In this document: positions 27,872-37,466 of the stretch, piece by piece | How the letters are laid out: each line of letters begins with the position of its first letter | How positions within the stretch are numbered: the first letter of the stretch is position 1 | Source of the DNA: a virus | Taxonomy: Duplodnaviria; Caudoviricetes | Virus record (IMG/VR): IMGVR_UViG_2758568729_000001 | Location: 64,001-128,000 of that record | Strand: one strand, 5' to 3' | DNA length: 64,000 nucleotides | Made by a program: the position numbers and the translations under genes | Notes under the pieces: model-generated | Seen by the model: only the letters and a program-made list of their open reading frames with translations | Told to the model about the DNA's origin: nothing | Database searches by the model: none

Positions 27872-28606
27872 TCACAGATAGTCGTCGCCCCAGGGGACTG
27901 GCCTGGGGAAGGAGTAGATGGGCATCACCGCGTGGTCCTGGCCGGGGGTGGTGCCGGTCTCATCCGCGAGCGCCCTCACCAGGTCGGCCCGGGTGCGCTC
28001 GGCGAGCTGCTGCAACTGGGTGGCCCGGTTCAGCGACACATCCGAGTCCGGCCAGCCGCGCTCCACGGCGGCGGCGGCGTACAGGGCTGCGGCCACGGAA
28101 GCGGTTTCGGCGAGCGCCGTGGTGACGGTTGGGGCGACGGTGGTTACCCAGGCGACCCCGTCGGCGATGAGCCGGTCGACCTGCACCCCGGCGGGCCGGG
28201 TGGTCGAATCGAACGTGTGCGGGTAGATGTCGGCCTTGGTCGTGGTGGTGGCGGTCGATCGCACGAGGGTGCGGGTCGGTACGTAGTTCGCCACCCTGCT
28301 CCGCCCGGGTGTCCAGGTGGGTCCACCCGCTACTGGGGACGCGGAGACGTACACCTCTTGGGTCTCAACGCCGGCCCCCGTGCCGGTAACAGTCCACGTG
28401 AGGACCCACCGGCCGGGGTAGGTGTACGTGACCGGGGTGGTGATCCACGTCTGGACACCTGCGTTCGTGCCCTCCACATACGGCACGAGAGTGCTCGTCG
28501 TGCCGCCCGGACCGGTCACCACCAAGGTCGCGGCCGTGGTGCCGTCGAACGGAGTCACCGTCAGGCGTGGGGTTTCGGCATCACCAACACCAACATCGGT
28601 GGCCAC
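27872..28606 (-). CDS. head-tail adaptor with N-terminal Ig-like domain
   Basis: GRWVLTWTVTG beta domain, then helical adaptor-like FDSTTRP...AAAAVERGWP. Confidence 0.6.
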   Translation of the reverse strand: MATDVGVGDAETPRLTVTPFDGTTAATLVVTGPGGTTSTLVPYVEGTNAGVQTWITTPVTYTYPGRWVLTWTVTGTGAGVETQEVYVSASPVAGGPTWTPGRSRVANYVPTRTLVRSTATTTTKADIYPHTFDSTTRPAGVQVDRLIADGVAWVTTVAPTVTTALAETASVAAALYAAAAVERGWPDSDVSLNRATQLQQLAERTRADLVRALADETGTTPGQDHAVMPIYSFPRPVPWGDDYL

Positions 28607-28608
28607 AG

Positions 28609-29700
28609 TTACCCCCTGCTCGTGGTCGCGGTCAGGGACGGGCGGCTACTCGACGCGGTATGAACACCGGGCCGGTACTGCGGCAGGTGTTCCGGTACGG
28701 CGGCGGTGAGTACGCTTCCGGCGCTCAGGTCGGCGGCGGCGAAGTGGTTCAGCGCGGCCGTCGCCGTGAGGACGCTGCTCGCGGCGAGCGCGGCAGCCGC
28801 CCGCATCGTCGCCGTACCGGTGCCGCCGAGCGTGAAACTCGCGGACAGGTGGGCGGCGGCTTCCTGCTGCCGGGCACCAGCTGCGGTGAGGGTCGACGAT
28901 CCGACCAGCGCGGCGGCGGCGTACCGGGTCACGACCGGGGCGGCGGTCGCCGTGGTTGCCGACACCAGACCGGCGGCGGCCGGGACCACCCGGACCGCTG
29001 TGGCGGTAAGCGTTGAGGACGCGGCGAGGGCGGCGGCGGCAAGGTTCAGCCCGGCCAGCGCCAAGGACACGCCCTGCCGCTGCACGGTGGCCGACGCGGT
29101 CGCTACTCGTGTGCCGGTCGGGCCGGCGGCGGTCAGTTCCTGAGTGGCGATCAGCATCGTCGTGTTGCGCTGGGTGGTGCTCGTTGAGCACACGTCCACG
29201 CGTTCCGTTGTCGCCGCGTCGGCGGTCCAGGTGGCGGTGGTGTTGATGACGTTGAGAATCACGCCGTGGATTGCGACCAGCAGCGTTGACGTCGGCACGG
29301 GGGCTACCGACGGGGCGGTGACTACTGTGCCGTTGCTGTTCGTCTCGTCAACAGCAGAGGCGACTACAGTGGCGCTGGTGACTACCACGCACCCAATTGC
29401 GACCCGGGACGACGAATCGATCGTGAAGCTGACGCTGGCACCAACATCCCCGCTGGCCAGGGTTTTTGTCCACACGAGGAAGTTGCCGGAACTGGCTGTG
29501 TCGACGGTTGGGGTGCCGGGTAGGGCGGCCCAGCCGGCGGCGGCCATGTCGTTGGTCGGCAGCCCGGCGGAGATGGCCATGGCGAGTACCGCGAGGTGGC
29601 CGGCCTGCGCCCCCGCTCCGGCGTCCGGGAGGGTGATCGCTGCGGTGGTGCCGCCGAGGCTGCTGGCGGAGGTGGCTGCGACGTAGGTGGGTGCGGCCAC
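28609..29700 (-). CDS. Ser/Thr/Ala-rich fibre-like virion protein
   Basis: N-terminal beta domain plus six ~20-aa AAAxLxxxSxLTA repeats. Confidence 0.6.
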   Translation of the reverse strand: MAAPTYVAATSASSLGGTTAAITLPDAGAGAQAGHLAVLAMAISAGLPTNDMAAAGWAALPGTPTVDTASSGNFLVWTKTLASGDVGASVSFTIDSSSRVAIGCVVVTSATVVASAVDETNSNGTVVTAPSVAPVPTSTLLVAIHGVILNVINTTATWTADAATTERVDVCSTSTTQRNTTMLIATQELTAAGPTGTRVATASATVQRQGVSLALAGLNLAAAALAASSTLTATAVRVVPAAAGLVSATTATAAPVVTRYAAAALVGSSTLTAAGARQQEAAAHLSASFTLGGTGTATMRAAAALAASSVLTATAALNHFAAADLSAGSVLTAAVPEHLPQYRPGVHTASSSRPSLTATTSRG

Positions 29701-29714
29701 GGCTCAACCCCCGC

Positions 29715-30098
29715 TCAGGACAGGGCGAGGGTGAACGACCCGGCGGGGAACGACAGGGAGTCCCCGGCGCCGACGGTCTTGCTGGCGGTCAAAGCCCCCC
29801 ACCACAGGCGGCGGGGCGAACCAGCGGAGTCCCAGACTTCGACGCCGACGACCGTTGCCGCAGGCAGGCCGGCGAACGTCACGGCACCGGAGCTCGCGGA
29901 CGCGCCGGCCGCAGCTGCGGTCATGGTGATGGTTTGCCGCGTGTACGACCCGCCGGTGACTTCGGTGCCGGCCGCAGTGGCGGACCCGTTCGCGGTGACC
30001 AACGCGAGCCGGATCGGGGTGGTGGGCGCCGTGTAGGAGGCGGTGCCCATGGTGGCATCGAGCAGGCGGTTGGCTTCGGTTGTGGTCAGGGCCGGCAC
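29715..30098 (-). CDS. fibre-associated small structural protein
   Basis: EVTGGSYTRQ, VWDS and GDSLSFPAG motifs common in phage fibre adaptors. Confidence 0.65.
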   Translation of the reverse strand: MPALTTTEANRLLDATMGTASYTAPTTPIRLALVTANGSATAAGTEVTGGSYTRQTITMTAAAAGASASSGAVTFAGLPAATVVGVEVWDSAGSPRRLWWGALTASKTVGAGDSLSFPAGSFTLALS

Positions 30099-30169
30099 AT
30101 CGGCCCCCTTTCGCGGTGAGCCGATGTGGGTGGTGGTGAGGTGGGGCCGGCCTCGGTGGGCGTGGTCGG

Positions 30170-31189
30170 CTACAGCCAGTCGTCTTGTGCGCGTAGCCGG
30201 ATCGGGTGCGGTTCCCACGCCCCGGCGACCCGGGCGCGGGCGGAGCCCATCGCGGCGACGCTGATGGTCACGAAGTCGATGCCGATCCCGGATCGGTCAT
30301 CGGTGACCGTCAGGCTGAACGTCAGGGTGGCCCCGGTGGTGGTTGCCGGGGCGGTGAACGTGGCGTCCACGGTGCCCGCCCCGGTGAGAGTCACCGGCGG
30401 CCCGGACTGCTGTGCCCACAGGTAGGCGGTGACCGTGCCGTCAAGGTCCGTCGACCCGGACGCGTTCAGGTGGACCGTCGCCCCCGGAGGGACGGACCGG
30501 TCAGGGCCTGCATTCGCGATCGGCGGCGCGTTCGTCGAGGACAGGATGATCGACGCGCAGGCGGGGCCCACGGTCGACTCGGACAGGCCGTGTGGGGTTG
30601 CCGGTACCGGGGCGTTGGTGCCGAGGGCCTTCGTCGCGAGCGCCTGCACCGCGTTCTTGAGCGTCAACGTGGTCGACACCGTTTGCCCGGCCAGGGTCCA
30701 CCCGACAGCAGGGGTCACCGTTGGCTGCGCCCCGGCCAGGTTGCAAGCCCCGCCGATGACCCCGAGGAGCACCGTTGTTGCCGCAGCCGGGGTGACCGCA
30801 GGGGTGTTCGGGGTGGCGGTCTGGGTGCCGGAGTACAGGGTGGTGATCTGCTCGACCACCACGGGTGCCCCACCGGTGTCGTACACGGCGGCCACGTTCA
30901 TGGCCCACCGGGTGCTGGCACCCAACCCGAACTCCAGGGCCGCCCCAGCGTCCCCGGCCTGGGCCCGCCGACGCGCACCACGCAGCGAACCGGTGGTGGT
31001 CGACGCCGGCACCATCTCCGCGAGCTCCGTCCACCCCGCCGGTGGAGCCAGGGTCGCGGCGGCGGCCAGAAGCTGGATGGTGGCGACGAGCAGGTCACCC
31101 GGTTGGGTACTGGCGGGGATGTTGCCGAGAGCCGTGGAGGTCGACCCGGCCGACGATGACGATTCGACGGCGCGCACCACAATGGTCAC
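30170..31189 (-). CDS. virion surface protein with PKD/Ig domain
   Basis: NAPPIANAGPD...LNASGSTDLDG...YLWAQ...FSLTVTD. Confidence 0.7.
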   Translation of the reverse strand: MTIVVRAVESSSSAGSTSTALGNIPASTQPGDLLVATIQLLAAAATLAPPAGWTELAEMVPASTTTGSLRGARRRAQAGDAGAALEFGLGASTRWAMNVAAVYDTGGAPVVVEQITTLYSGTQTATPNTPAVTPAAATTVLLGVIGGACNLAGAQPTVTPAVGWTLAGQTVSTTLTLKNAVQALATKALGTNAPVPATPHGLSESTVGPACASIILSSTNAPPIANAGPDRSVPPGATVHLNASGSTDLDGTVTAYLWAQQSGPPVTLTGAGTVDATFTAPATTTGATLTFSLTVTDDRSGIGIDFVTISVAAMGSARARVAGAWEPHPIRLRAQDDWL

Positions 31190-33441
31190 GGGATGAACTC
31201 CTCAAAGTGCGAGGCGGTCCAATTCCGCACGGGCGTACCTTCGGTCACATAGTGGGAGTAGAACCACCGTCCGGGTGCTTTCCCTTGCCGGTGATACGTT
31301 TGCCCGCTGATGTGCCACACGTTGCTGTCGTCGAATATCTGGTTGAATCCGGGGGTGATTTCGTTGGCCCACGGGCCGGAGATGAACCTCAGCCCGAAAC
31401 GGTTGCGCCTGTAGAACAGGTTGTAGGTGACGAAGGTGCCCCGAGAAACGGTCTGGGGACTCTCGACCCCGGCCCGGACGATCAGGTTGCAGCCGTCGCC
31501 GTAGTTGTCGTCGAAGGCGAACCAGCTACAGTCGCCGGTCATGTGGCCCACGATGGTGATGGCGTTCGCCACGTCGGCGAGCAACGGGCTTGGGGTGTCC
31601 TGGCCGCCTGTGTACATGTCGAACCGGTTGAACCGCACGGCCGCGTTGTCACCGGAGGTGATTTGGTGTGAGTCGCAGTGACCGCCTGGCGCCTTTTGTA
31701 GGCTGTGGGTCCAGCAGAACTCGATCAGCGTGTCCTTGCCGGTCTTGAACGCGTCATTGCCGCAGTGGTACACCTCGCAGTACCGGGCGGTGTACGACCC
31801 GTACGGGGGGATCGCGGCGGACACCGAAAGCCCGCACTCGATCTCGCAGTACGACATGTTGAAACCGGGGTAGGTGTCGCTTGTCGCGATGACGTACTTC
31901 CCGGACCCGACAATTTCCCGACCGGAGATCCGGCAGTACCGCATCGTCACATTCGGGGCGGAGATCTTGACCTGTCCGACCATGTCGATGTACTCGACCA
32001 GCGCCCCGGGCCGGGTGATTTCCAGCCCCAGTGTGCCGGTGATCGTGTCGAGTCCGATCGTGCCCGACACCAATCCTTTGGCGTCGATGAACGGCTGCCC
32101 CACGTGCGAGTAGTCGATCACCCGCAGGTACGTGTAGTCCCGGCCCTGAGCGTCCAAGACTGGCCGAACCCCGCAATACTCCGGGCCCATCTGGGCGCCG
32201 TTGGTGACACCCGGAGGCGGCTCGGTTGCCCCGTAGTAGCCCCTGCCGTTGTTCGCCCCACCGTTGCCGCCCCAACCATCGGGGGCGCCGACGATCGGGC
32301 CGATCGAGCCGATGACCCACTCGCCGGCGGGAACGGCCAGGACCTCGGCCGGATCCGACGCCAGCGACGCGTTCGCCGCAGTCAGGGTGATCGTGTAGTT
32401 GGTGCCGTTGATCAGGCCCTCGATCGTGTGGTTACGCGCTGACGGCGGCAGAGTCACCGGTGCCGCGTCGTCGGGCAGGATCGAAAGGTGGTAGCCGACG
32501 ATCGGGGCACCACCGGAGTCAGCCGGCGCGTCCCACGTCAGCGCCAGTTCACCGGTCGCGGGGATCGCGGCCAGGTCCCGGGGCGGGGTTGGTGGGACTA
32601 CTGTGGCGACGTCACCGGACAGGACACGCCACTCCTGGGTGTACCGGGTCCGTACGGTGCTCGCCGCACCGGGCACGTCCACGGCCGGCCCAGCAATGTC
32701 CCAGGTGGTGACGACGCTGCCGGTGACAACGGTGGTCGGGGCGGTATCCACATCCCATGTGGTCGCGGCGGTCTTGGTGACCTGTGTCGACACGGACCCG
32801 ACCGGCAGGACAGCGGCGAGGAACGCGACGTAGGAGGAGAACACCAAGCTGACGGTCAGGTTGCCGGTGCTGCCGGTTGTCGCCTTCGCGGCGGTGGCGA
32901 TACCGGAGGCGGAGTCCAAGCCCTCCACGGTCAGGATCTCGACCTGCTCGGTCAGCGCGCCAGGGTCGGTGACCGCCCACGCGGACAGGCCCCGGTTGTC
33001 GATGACCCCGACCCCGGCGACGATCAGGGTGTCCGCGACGGAGGTGACGATCGCCGGGCAGCAGGAGTCGATCGGCGGGACCGTCGAGTTGATCTGCGAT
33101 GACGTGCTGTCGAACGGGGAGCCGGTGGCGATGGCGCCGCGTACGACGAGCATCGCGGCAGTGGTAGAGCTGGTGCCGCCGGTCCATGTGTAGGTGGTCG
33201 GGTCGGCGCCGTTGACCCTTCGCCACGCCAGGCACGCGTACCCCTGCACCACGGGTGCGTCACCGAACGTCAAACCAGCCTCGGCGGTTGCCCACCCGGC
33301 CGGTTGCATCAGCGGGGCGGTGCCGTGGGTCGACGCAACCACCAGCAGCAGGTCACCGGCCTGCGCCTCCACGGGGACGGTGATGGTGACGTCGGTCAAG
33401 CCGACCCCGGAGGCGGTGGCGACCACGGTGGGTGCTGGCAT
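31186..33441 (-). CDS. virion surface protein with FN3 and right-handed beta-helix domains
   Basis: FN3 (LTWDAPADSGGAPIVGY...GLINGTNY) and C-terminal beta-helix (DAFK...HCDSHQ). Confidence 0.7.
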   Translation of the reverse strand: MPAPTVVATASGVGLTDVTITVPVEAQAGDLLLVVASTHGTAPLMQPAGWATAEAGLTFGDAPVVQGYACLAWRRVNGADPTTYTWTGGTSSTTAAMLVVRGAIATGSPFDSTSSQINSTVPPIDSCCPAIVTSVADTLIVAGVGVIDNRGLSAWAVTDPGALTEQVEILTVEGLDSASGIATAAKATTGSTGNLTVSLVFSSYVAFLAAVLPVGSVSTQVTKTAATTWDVDTAPTTVVTGSVVTTWDIAGPAVDVPGAASTVRTRYTQEWRVLSGDVATVVPPTPPRDLAAIPATGELALTWDAPADSGGAPIVGYHLSILPDDAAPVTLPPSARNHTIEGLINGTNYTITLTAANASLASDPAEVLAVPAGEWVIGSIGPIVGAPDGWGGNGGANNGRGYYGATEPPPGVTNGAQMGPEYCGVRPVLDAQGRDYTYLRVIDYSHVGQPFIDAKGLVSGTIGLDTITGTLGLEITRPGALVEYIDMVGQVKISAPNVTMRYCRISGREIVGSGKYVIATSDTYPGFNMSYCEIECGLSVSAAIPPYGSYTARYCEVYHCGNDAFKTGKDTLIEFCWTHSLQKAPGGHCDSHQITSGDNAAVRFNRFDMYTGGQDTPSPLLADVANAITIVGHMTGDCSWFAFDDNYGDGCNLIVRAGVESPQTVSRGTFVTYNLFYRRNRFGLRFISGPWANEITPGFNQIFDDSNVWHISGQTYHRQGKAPGRWFYSHYVTEGTPVRNWTASHFEEFIP

Positions 33442-33456
33442 GCCCGCCCTCCCCAG

Positions 33457-33993
33457 TCAGAGGGTGGTGCCGGTGACGGCGAGGGTGAGCCCGTCAGCGG
33501 TGACCGCAGCGGAGTTGGTGCAGGTGCGCCGGACCCACACGGCCCGGACACGGCCGGGAGCGATGTCGCCGATACTCAGCGCGGTTCCGGTGGAGGTCGG
33601 GACGCTGAACACCACCCCGGGTGGGGCGGTGGTGGCGTTCGCGATCCCCAACGCCTGCGGGGTGCCGGCCTGCCCGACCGGGGACACCGGGGTTGGGTCG
33701 ACCCCGATGGCGCAGGTGGTGCCGCCGCCGACCTGGGCGGAGATGTACACCCCGGCAGCGTTGAGGGTCAGGGTGGCGTGGGTGTTGCGCACGAACACGC
33801 ACGCGTAGTCGATGGTCGACGCCACGTTCTGGGCGGCGGTCACGTTCAAGAGCAGGGTGTTCGCCCCGGCGACCATTTGGGTGGTGGCCACGTACCGGCC
33901 GAGGCTGGCCCCGACGGTGCCGGCGGCCACGTACCCGGCCGAGGCCCCGGGTGCGCTGAGGTGGAACAGGATGTCGGCGGCGACGATGGCCAC
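33457..33993 (-). CDS. virion structural protein
   Basis: DYACVFVRNTH and IGDIAPG...VWVRR motifs. Confidence 0.6.
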   Translation of the reverse strand: MAIVAADILFHLSAPGASAGYVAAGTVGASLGRYVATTQMVAGANTLLLNVTAAQNVASTIDYACVFVRNTHATLTLNAAGVYISAQVGGGTTCAIGVDPTPVSPVGQAGTPQALGIANATTAPPGVVFSVPTSTGTALSIGDIAPGRVRAVWVRRTCTNSAAVTADGLTLAVTGTTL

Positions 33994-34057
33994 GGGTGCG
34001 CCTCCCTACTCGCCGGTGGAAAGGGCACGGGTTGGTGGCGCCGGGAACTGCGGCAGG

Positions 34058-34753
34058 TCACATCCCCGCAGGTGCGGGTAGCGGTGTCTCGTCAAGGAGC
34101 GCGCGCACCGCAGCCGGGCCGTGCTTGGCGGCGTACTGGTAACGCACCTGCAACGCCCGGCTTGGTGCGGATCCGACGTGCCGGTTCAGGCGCTCCTGCG
34201 GCGGGTGCCACAGGTGGTACAGGGGTGCGGTTCCACGCCAACTGGGCCCGGCCAGGGATGTCAGGGCGAGCGCCCACGACTCGTCCTCGCCGCCCCAGCC
34301 CTGGAATCGGGGGTCGAGCGGCACCTGCTCGTACACGATGCGCGGAAGGACGGTGATTCCGCCGCCGTCGAGGCCGCGGTACGGGTCCTGCGTCGTCGCA
34401 CCGGCAACGGATGCGGGCTTGACTCCACTGAAAACGGCGGTGGTGGCCAGCTCGGTCAACCGGTGCACGTTGCCGTGCGGTACCGCCCACGGGGCACCAC
34501 GTTCGACCGCGTCCACGGCCAGGTCGACGCCGTGGCAGATCACGTCCGCGTCGGCGATGACCAGCATGTCGCCGTCGGCCCGGGTGAGGGCGTAGCCGAC
34601 CGCGTTGGCTTTGACCCAAGGGCCGCCGACGTTGGTGCCGGCAACCACCTGCCAGTCAGGGTGTGTGGCCGCCCACCACCGCCGAACCCACGCCCACGCC
34701 CGGTCCCGGTGCCCGCCATCGGGCCGCCACGGCACCAGAACGGTGACGGTCAC
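34058..34753 (-). CDS. GT-A glycosyltransferase (GT2/GT7C-like)
   Basis: VLVPWR, IADADV (DxD), DPRFQGWGGED and HLWH motifs. Confidence 0.85.
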   Translation of the reverse strand: MTVTVLVPWRPDGGHRDRAWAWVRRWWAATHPDWQVVAGTNVGGPWVKANAVGYALTRADGDMLVIADADVICHGVDLAVDAVERGAPWAVPHGNVHRLTELATTAVFSGVKPASVAGATTQDPYRGLDGGGITVLPRIVYEQVPLDPRFQGWGGEDESWALALTSLAGPSWRGTAPLYHLWHPPQERLNRHVGSAPSRALQVRYQYAAKHGPAAVRALLDETPLPAPAGM

Positions 34754-35544
34754 TGCCGCCACCGCAGGTACGCGGCCGGGTCGTGCACCATGCCGGAGTC
34801 GGTGGGGGACAGGTACCAGAAGTGCTGCCGGAACACGTCCGCGAGAGCTTCGACGCCGTGCCGTTCGGCGATCTCCCCGTAGGCCCGCCAGTGCGCCCCC
34901 TGGTCGGCGGGGAGGTCGGTGCGCCGGTACGCCTCCGCCCCGTTGACCGCCTTCCGCACGAACTGGTCGGCCGACCGGTAGGGGAAATGCCGCACCTGAA
35001 GCACCGGCGCCGCCCGGCCACCGGACGGGAGAGTCACCCCATGGTTGCCTTGGTGGATGACCGCCCCGGGTTCCCACCGGAACGCGACCTTCGGCAGCCG
35101 AGTCGCCTCACGTTGTCGCCACACCATCGTGCGGAACGGGTCGGAACCGGCCGGGTCCGGGTCCACCGATGTGCAGAAGTGGTTGGTCAGCGCCGCTTGG
35201 GCAACCGGGCGGTCCAGTTCGGGAAGCACCAGGCGGATCCGGTCCGCTTCGGCGGTCCACAACTCGTCGGCGTCGAACGGCACAATCCAGGTCTCCCCGG
35301 GTCGCAGCGCGGCGGCTTGGTCAGCCAGAGCCGTCATCTTCCGGGACTGGTAGTACGCGGGCTCGGGGTCGTCGACCACGGTCAGCGGCAGCTCCCGGGC
35401 CAACCGGTCGAGGATGTCCCTGGTGCCGTCGGTGGAGCCGTTGTCGGCGACGATCAGGTGGTCGACCTCGTCGGCCATGTGCCGCAGGGTGCCCTCAACA
35501 ACATCCGCTTCGTCGCGAACCATTGAGATCCCGAATACGGCCAC
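34750..35544 (-). CDS. GT2 glycosyltransferase
   Basis: MVRDEAD, DNGSTDGT, FDADE and HFPYRS motifs. Confidence 0.9.
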   Translation of the reverse strand: MAVFGISMVRDEADVVEGTLRHMADEVDHLIVADNGSTDGTRDILDRLARELPLTVVDDPEPAYYQSRKMTALADQAAALRPGETWIVPFDADELWTAEADRIRLVLPELDRPVAQAALTNHFCTSVDPDPAGSDPFRTMVWRQREATRLPKVAFRWEPGAVIHQGNHGVTLPSGGRAAPVLQVRHFPYRSADQFVRKAVNGAEAYRRTDLPADQGAHWRAYGEIAERHGVEALADVFRQHFWYLSPTDSGMVHDPAAYLRWRQ

Positions 35545-35545
35545 G

Positions 35546-36181
35546 TCAGTGCCTCCTCGCGTCGTAGAGCACGGGGTGGACCACCGGCCACGGCGGAGAC
35601 AGGGGTGTGTCGAACAGTTCCGGGAACTGCTCGGGTGTGCGGGTCGCTACCAGCAGGTTCTGGCGGTACCAGTTCTCCACCCGGTCGTCGTTCCAGATCG
35701 ACCAGCGGAGCGCACCGGACACCGACCACCCGTGGGCCTTGAACCGGGTTACCCAGTAGTTGGGCCACTGCTCGTTGACGTGCCCCACACCGCCTTGGCC
35801 GGGGATGGCCGCCGAGAACAAGAGCGTCGGGGCCAGGTTGCACAGGTCGTCCACGAGGCTGTCGGCCCGGGACGGGGGAAGGTGCTCGGCTACCTCAAGG
35901 CACACCGCAAGGTCGAAACGGCCGTGCAGGTGCGCCGGGAGCGGCAGTGCCAGGTCGTGGGGGATGAACCGGTCGCCGAGCGGTGACCCGGTCACGTAGG
36001 CGCCGTCGACACCGATGACCTCGCACCCGTGGCCGGCGAACGTGTCCGCCCACCAGCCCTCACCGCAGCCGACGTCGATCACCGTGGCGGGTTTGACGAT
36101 GTCGACGACGACGGGCACCACGGCGGCGGCGGATGCCCGGGTGCCGGCCCGGATGGTGTCGTAGAACGAGCCGTTGTACAT
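35546..36181 (-). CDS. class I SAM-dependent methyltransferase
   Basis: VIDVGCGEG, FDLAVCLEVAEHL and PGQGGVGHVNEQ motifs. Confidence 0.9.
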   Translation of the reverse strand: MYNGSFYDTIRAGTRASAAAVVPVVVDIVKPATVIDVGCGEGWWADTFAGHGCEVIGVDGAYVTGSPLGDRFIPHDLALPLPAHLHGRFDLAVCLEVAEHLPPSRADSLVDDLCNLAPTLLFSAAIPGQGGVGHVNEQWPNYWVTRFKAHGWSVSGALRWSIWNDDRVENWYRQNLLVATRTPEQFPELFDTPLSPPWPVVHPVLYDARRH

Positions 36182-36870
36182 CAGTACCCGACTCCGATCC
36201 GCTGATGACCGACGTGTTCCACCCAAGGTGAGTCGCTGCGCGCGCCCCAGTAGCCGAACCGGACTTGGTCGCCCGGCACGGTGCCGAGCCCGGAGGAAAG
36301 GAGCCGGTTGGTGAAGTGGCCTTCGGACTGTTCCCGGTCCGGCCAGCCCACCTGAAGCAGCTCCGTTCGGTACAGGCAGGGGTTGGTGGTGAAGAACTGG
36401 CGGTGCTCCAACCACTGGTGCCCGTGATCGTCGTGGCAGGCGGTGTACGCCTCCGGGTGCTGTTCGACAACGCCCCCTGCGGCCCGCTCGGCTGTGTTCC
36501 ACGACTGCCGGCGGAGCGCCATCTGCACCAGGTGCGGGCGTTCGGTAAGCACTTCGGCCATCGCCGCCAGGTCGACCGGCCGGTGAAAGGTGAAGTCCTG
36601 CTCGATGTGGAACAGCCAGTCGGCGGTGCTGTGGGCGGCGAGGTGCGACCACGCTGCCCGGATCGCCCCACCGAACCCTTGCCGTGGGCCGCCGTTGATG
36701 TGCCGGAACTCCGGCCAGACGGCGGCGAGTCGGGCCCGGTAGGCGGCGTTGCCGGTGTCGTCGTACATCCACCGCTCGCTGATCGGCCCTTCGAGCGCGT
36801 CAAGCGAAGAGATGCACTGGGCGAGGTAGTCATCGCGGCCGTCGGTGATGACGAGGAGGGCGATGCTCAA
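36181..36870 (-). CDS. GT-A glycosyltransferase
   Basis: ITDGR..YL, YDD, HIEQDF, NPCL and VEHVG motifs. Confidence 0.75.
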   Translation of the reverse strand: MSIALLVITDGRDDYLAQCISSLDALEGPISERWMYDDTGNAAYRARLAAVWPEFRHINGGPRQGFGGAIRAAWSHLAAHSTADWLFHIEQDFTFHRPVDLAAMAEVLTERPHLVQMALRRQSWNTAERAAGGVVEQHPEAYTACHDDHGHQWLEHRQFFTTNPCLYRTELLQVGWPDREQSEGHFTNRLLSSGLGTVPGDQVRFGYWGARSDSPWVEHVGHQRIGVGY

Positions 36871-37466
36871 CCAAGCACCGCCTTCACGATCTGGTGGTGA
36901 ACGCGGTTCTTCTCGACCATCGACGGGGCCCGGTTGCGGCTGCCCCGCCGGACGTGCGCCCGGTACACCGCTCGGGGGATTGCTTCCACCGTCGCGCCGG
37001 CGGCCCAGCACCGCAGCCACAGCGACCAGTCCTCGTACAGGGGTTCGTCCCACCAGCCGCCGACGGCGCGGACCAGGCCGGTCCGGACGGCGGTACCGAC
37101 GACCAGCCAATTCCCGTGGGGCAGGCATCCGGCGTGGCAGATGTGGAGGTGGCCGGCGACCCTCGGCAAGCCCGGTGCGCCGACCCGGCGGCCGTGGACG
37201 TACCGGACGGCGGGGGCCCGCAGATCGGCGGTGCCGGCGGCCATGGCGTCGAGGTAGCCCGGCTCCAACTCGTCGTCGGCGTCGAGGTGCACCACCCATT
37301 CGGTGGCCACCTGGGCGAGCGCACCGTTACGGGCGCTGTGAAGGGAGTCGGCGTGGACGTGGACGACGGGAACACCGAACGCCTGCGCGGACGGTATCGC
37401 CCGTGTTTCGGCGAGCTGCCGCCACGACTCGTTCCCGTAGGTGCCGACGGCGATCGTCACGTCCAC
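36867..37466 (-). CDS. GT2 glycosyltransferase
   Basis: ARNGAL, HLDADDEL, VGGW and EDWSLWLR motifs. Confidence 0.9.
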   Translation of the reverse strand: MDVTIAVGTYGNESWRQLAETRAIPSAQAFGVPVVHVHADSLHSARNGALAQVATEWVVHLDADDELEPGYLDAMAAGTADLRAPAVRYVHGRRVGAPGLPRVAGHLHICHAGCLPHGNWLVVGTAVRTGLVRAVGGWWDEPLYEDWSLWLRCWAAGATVEAIPRAVYRAHVRRGSRNRAPSMVEKNRVHHQIVKAVLG

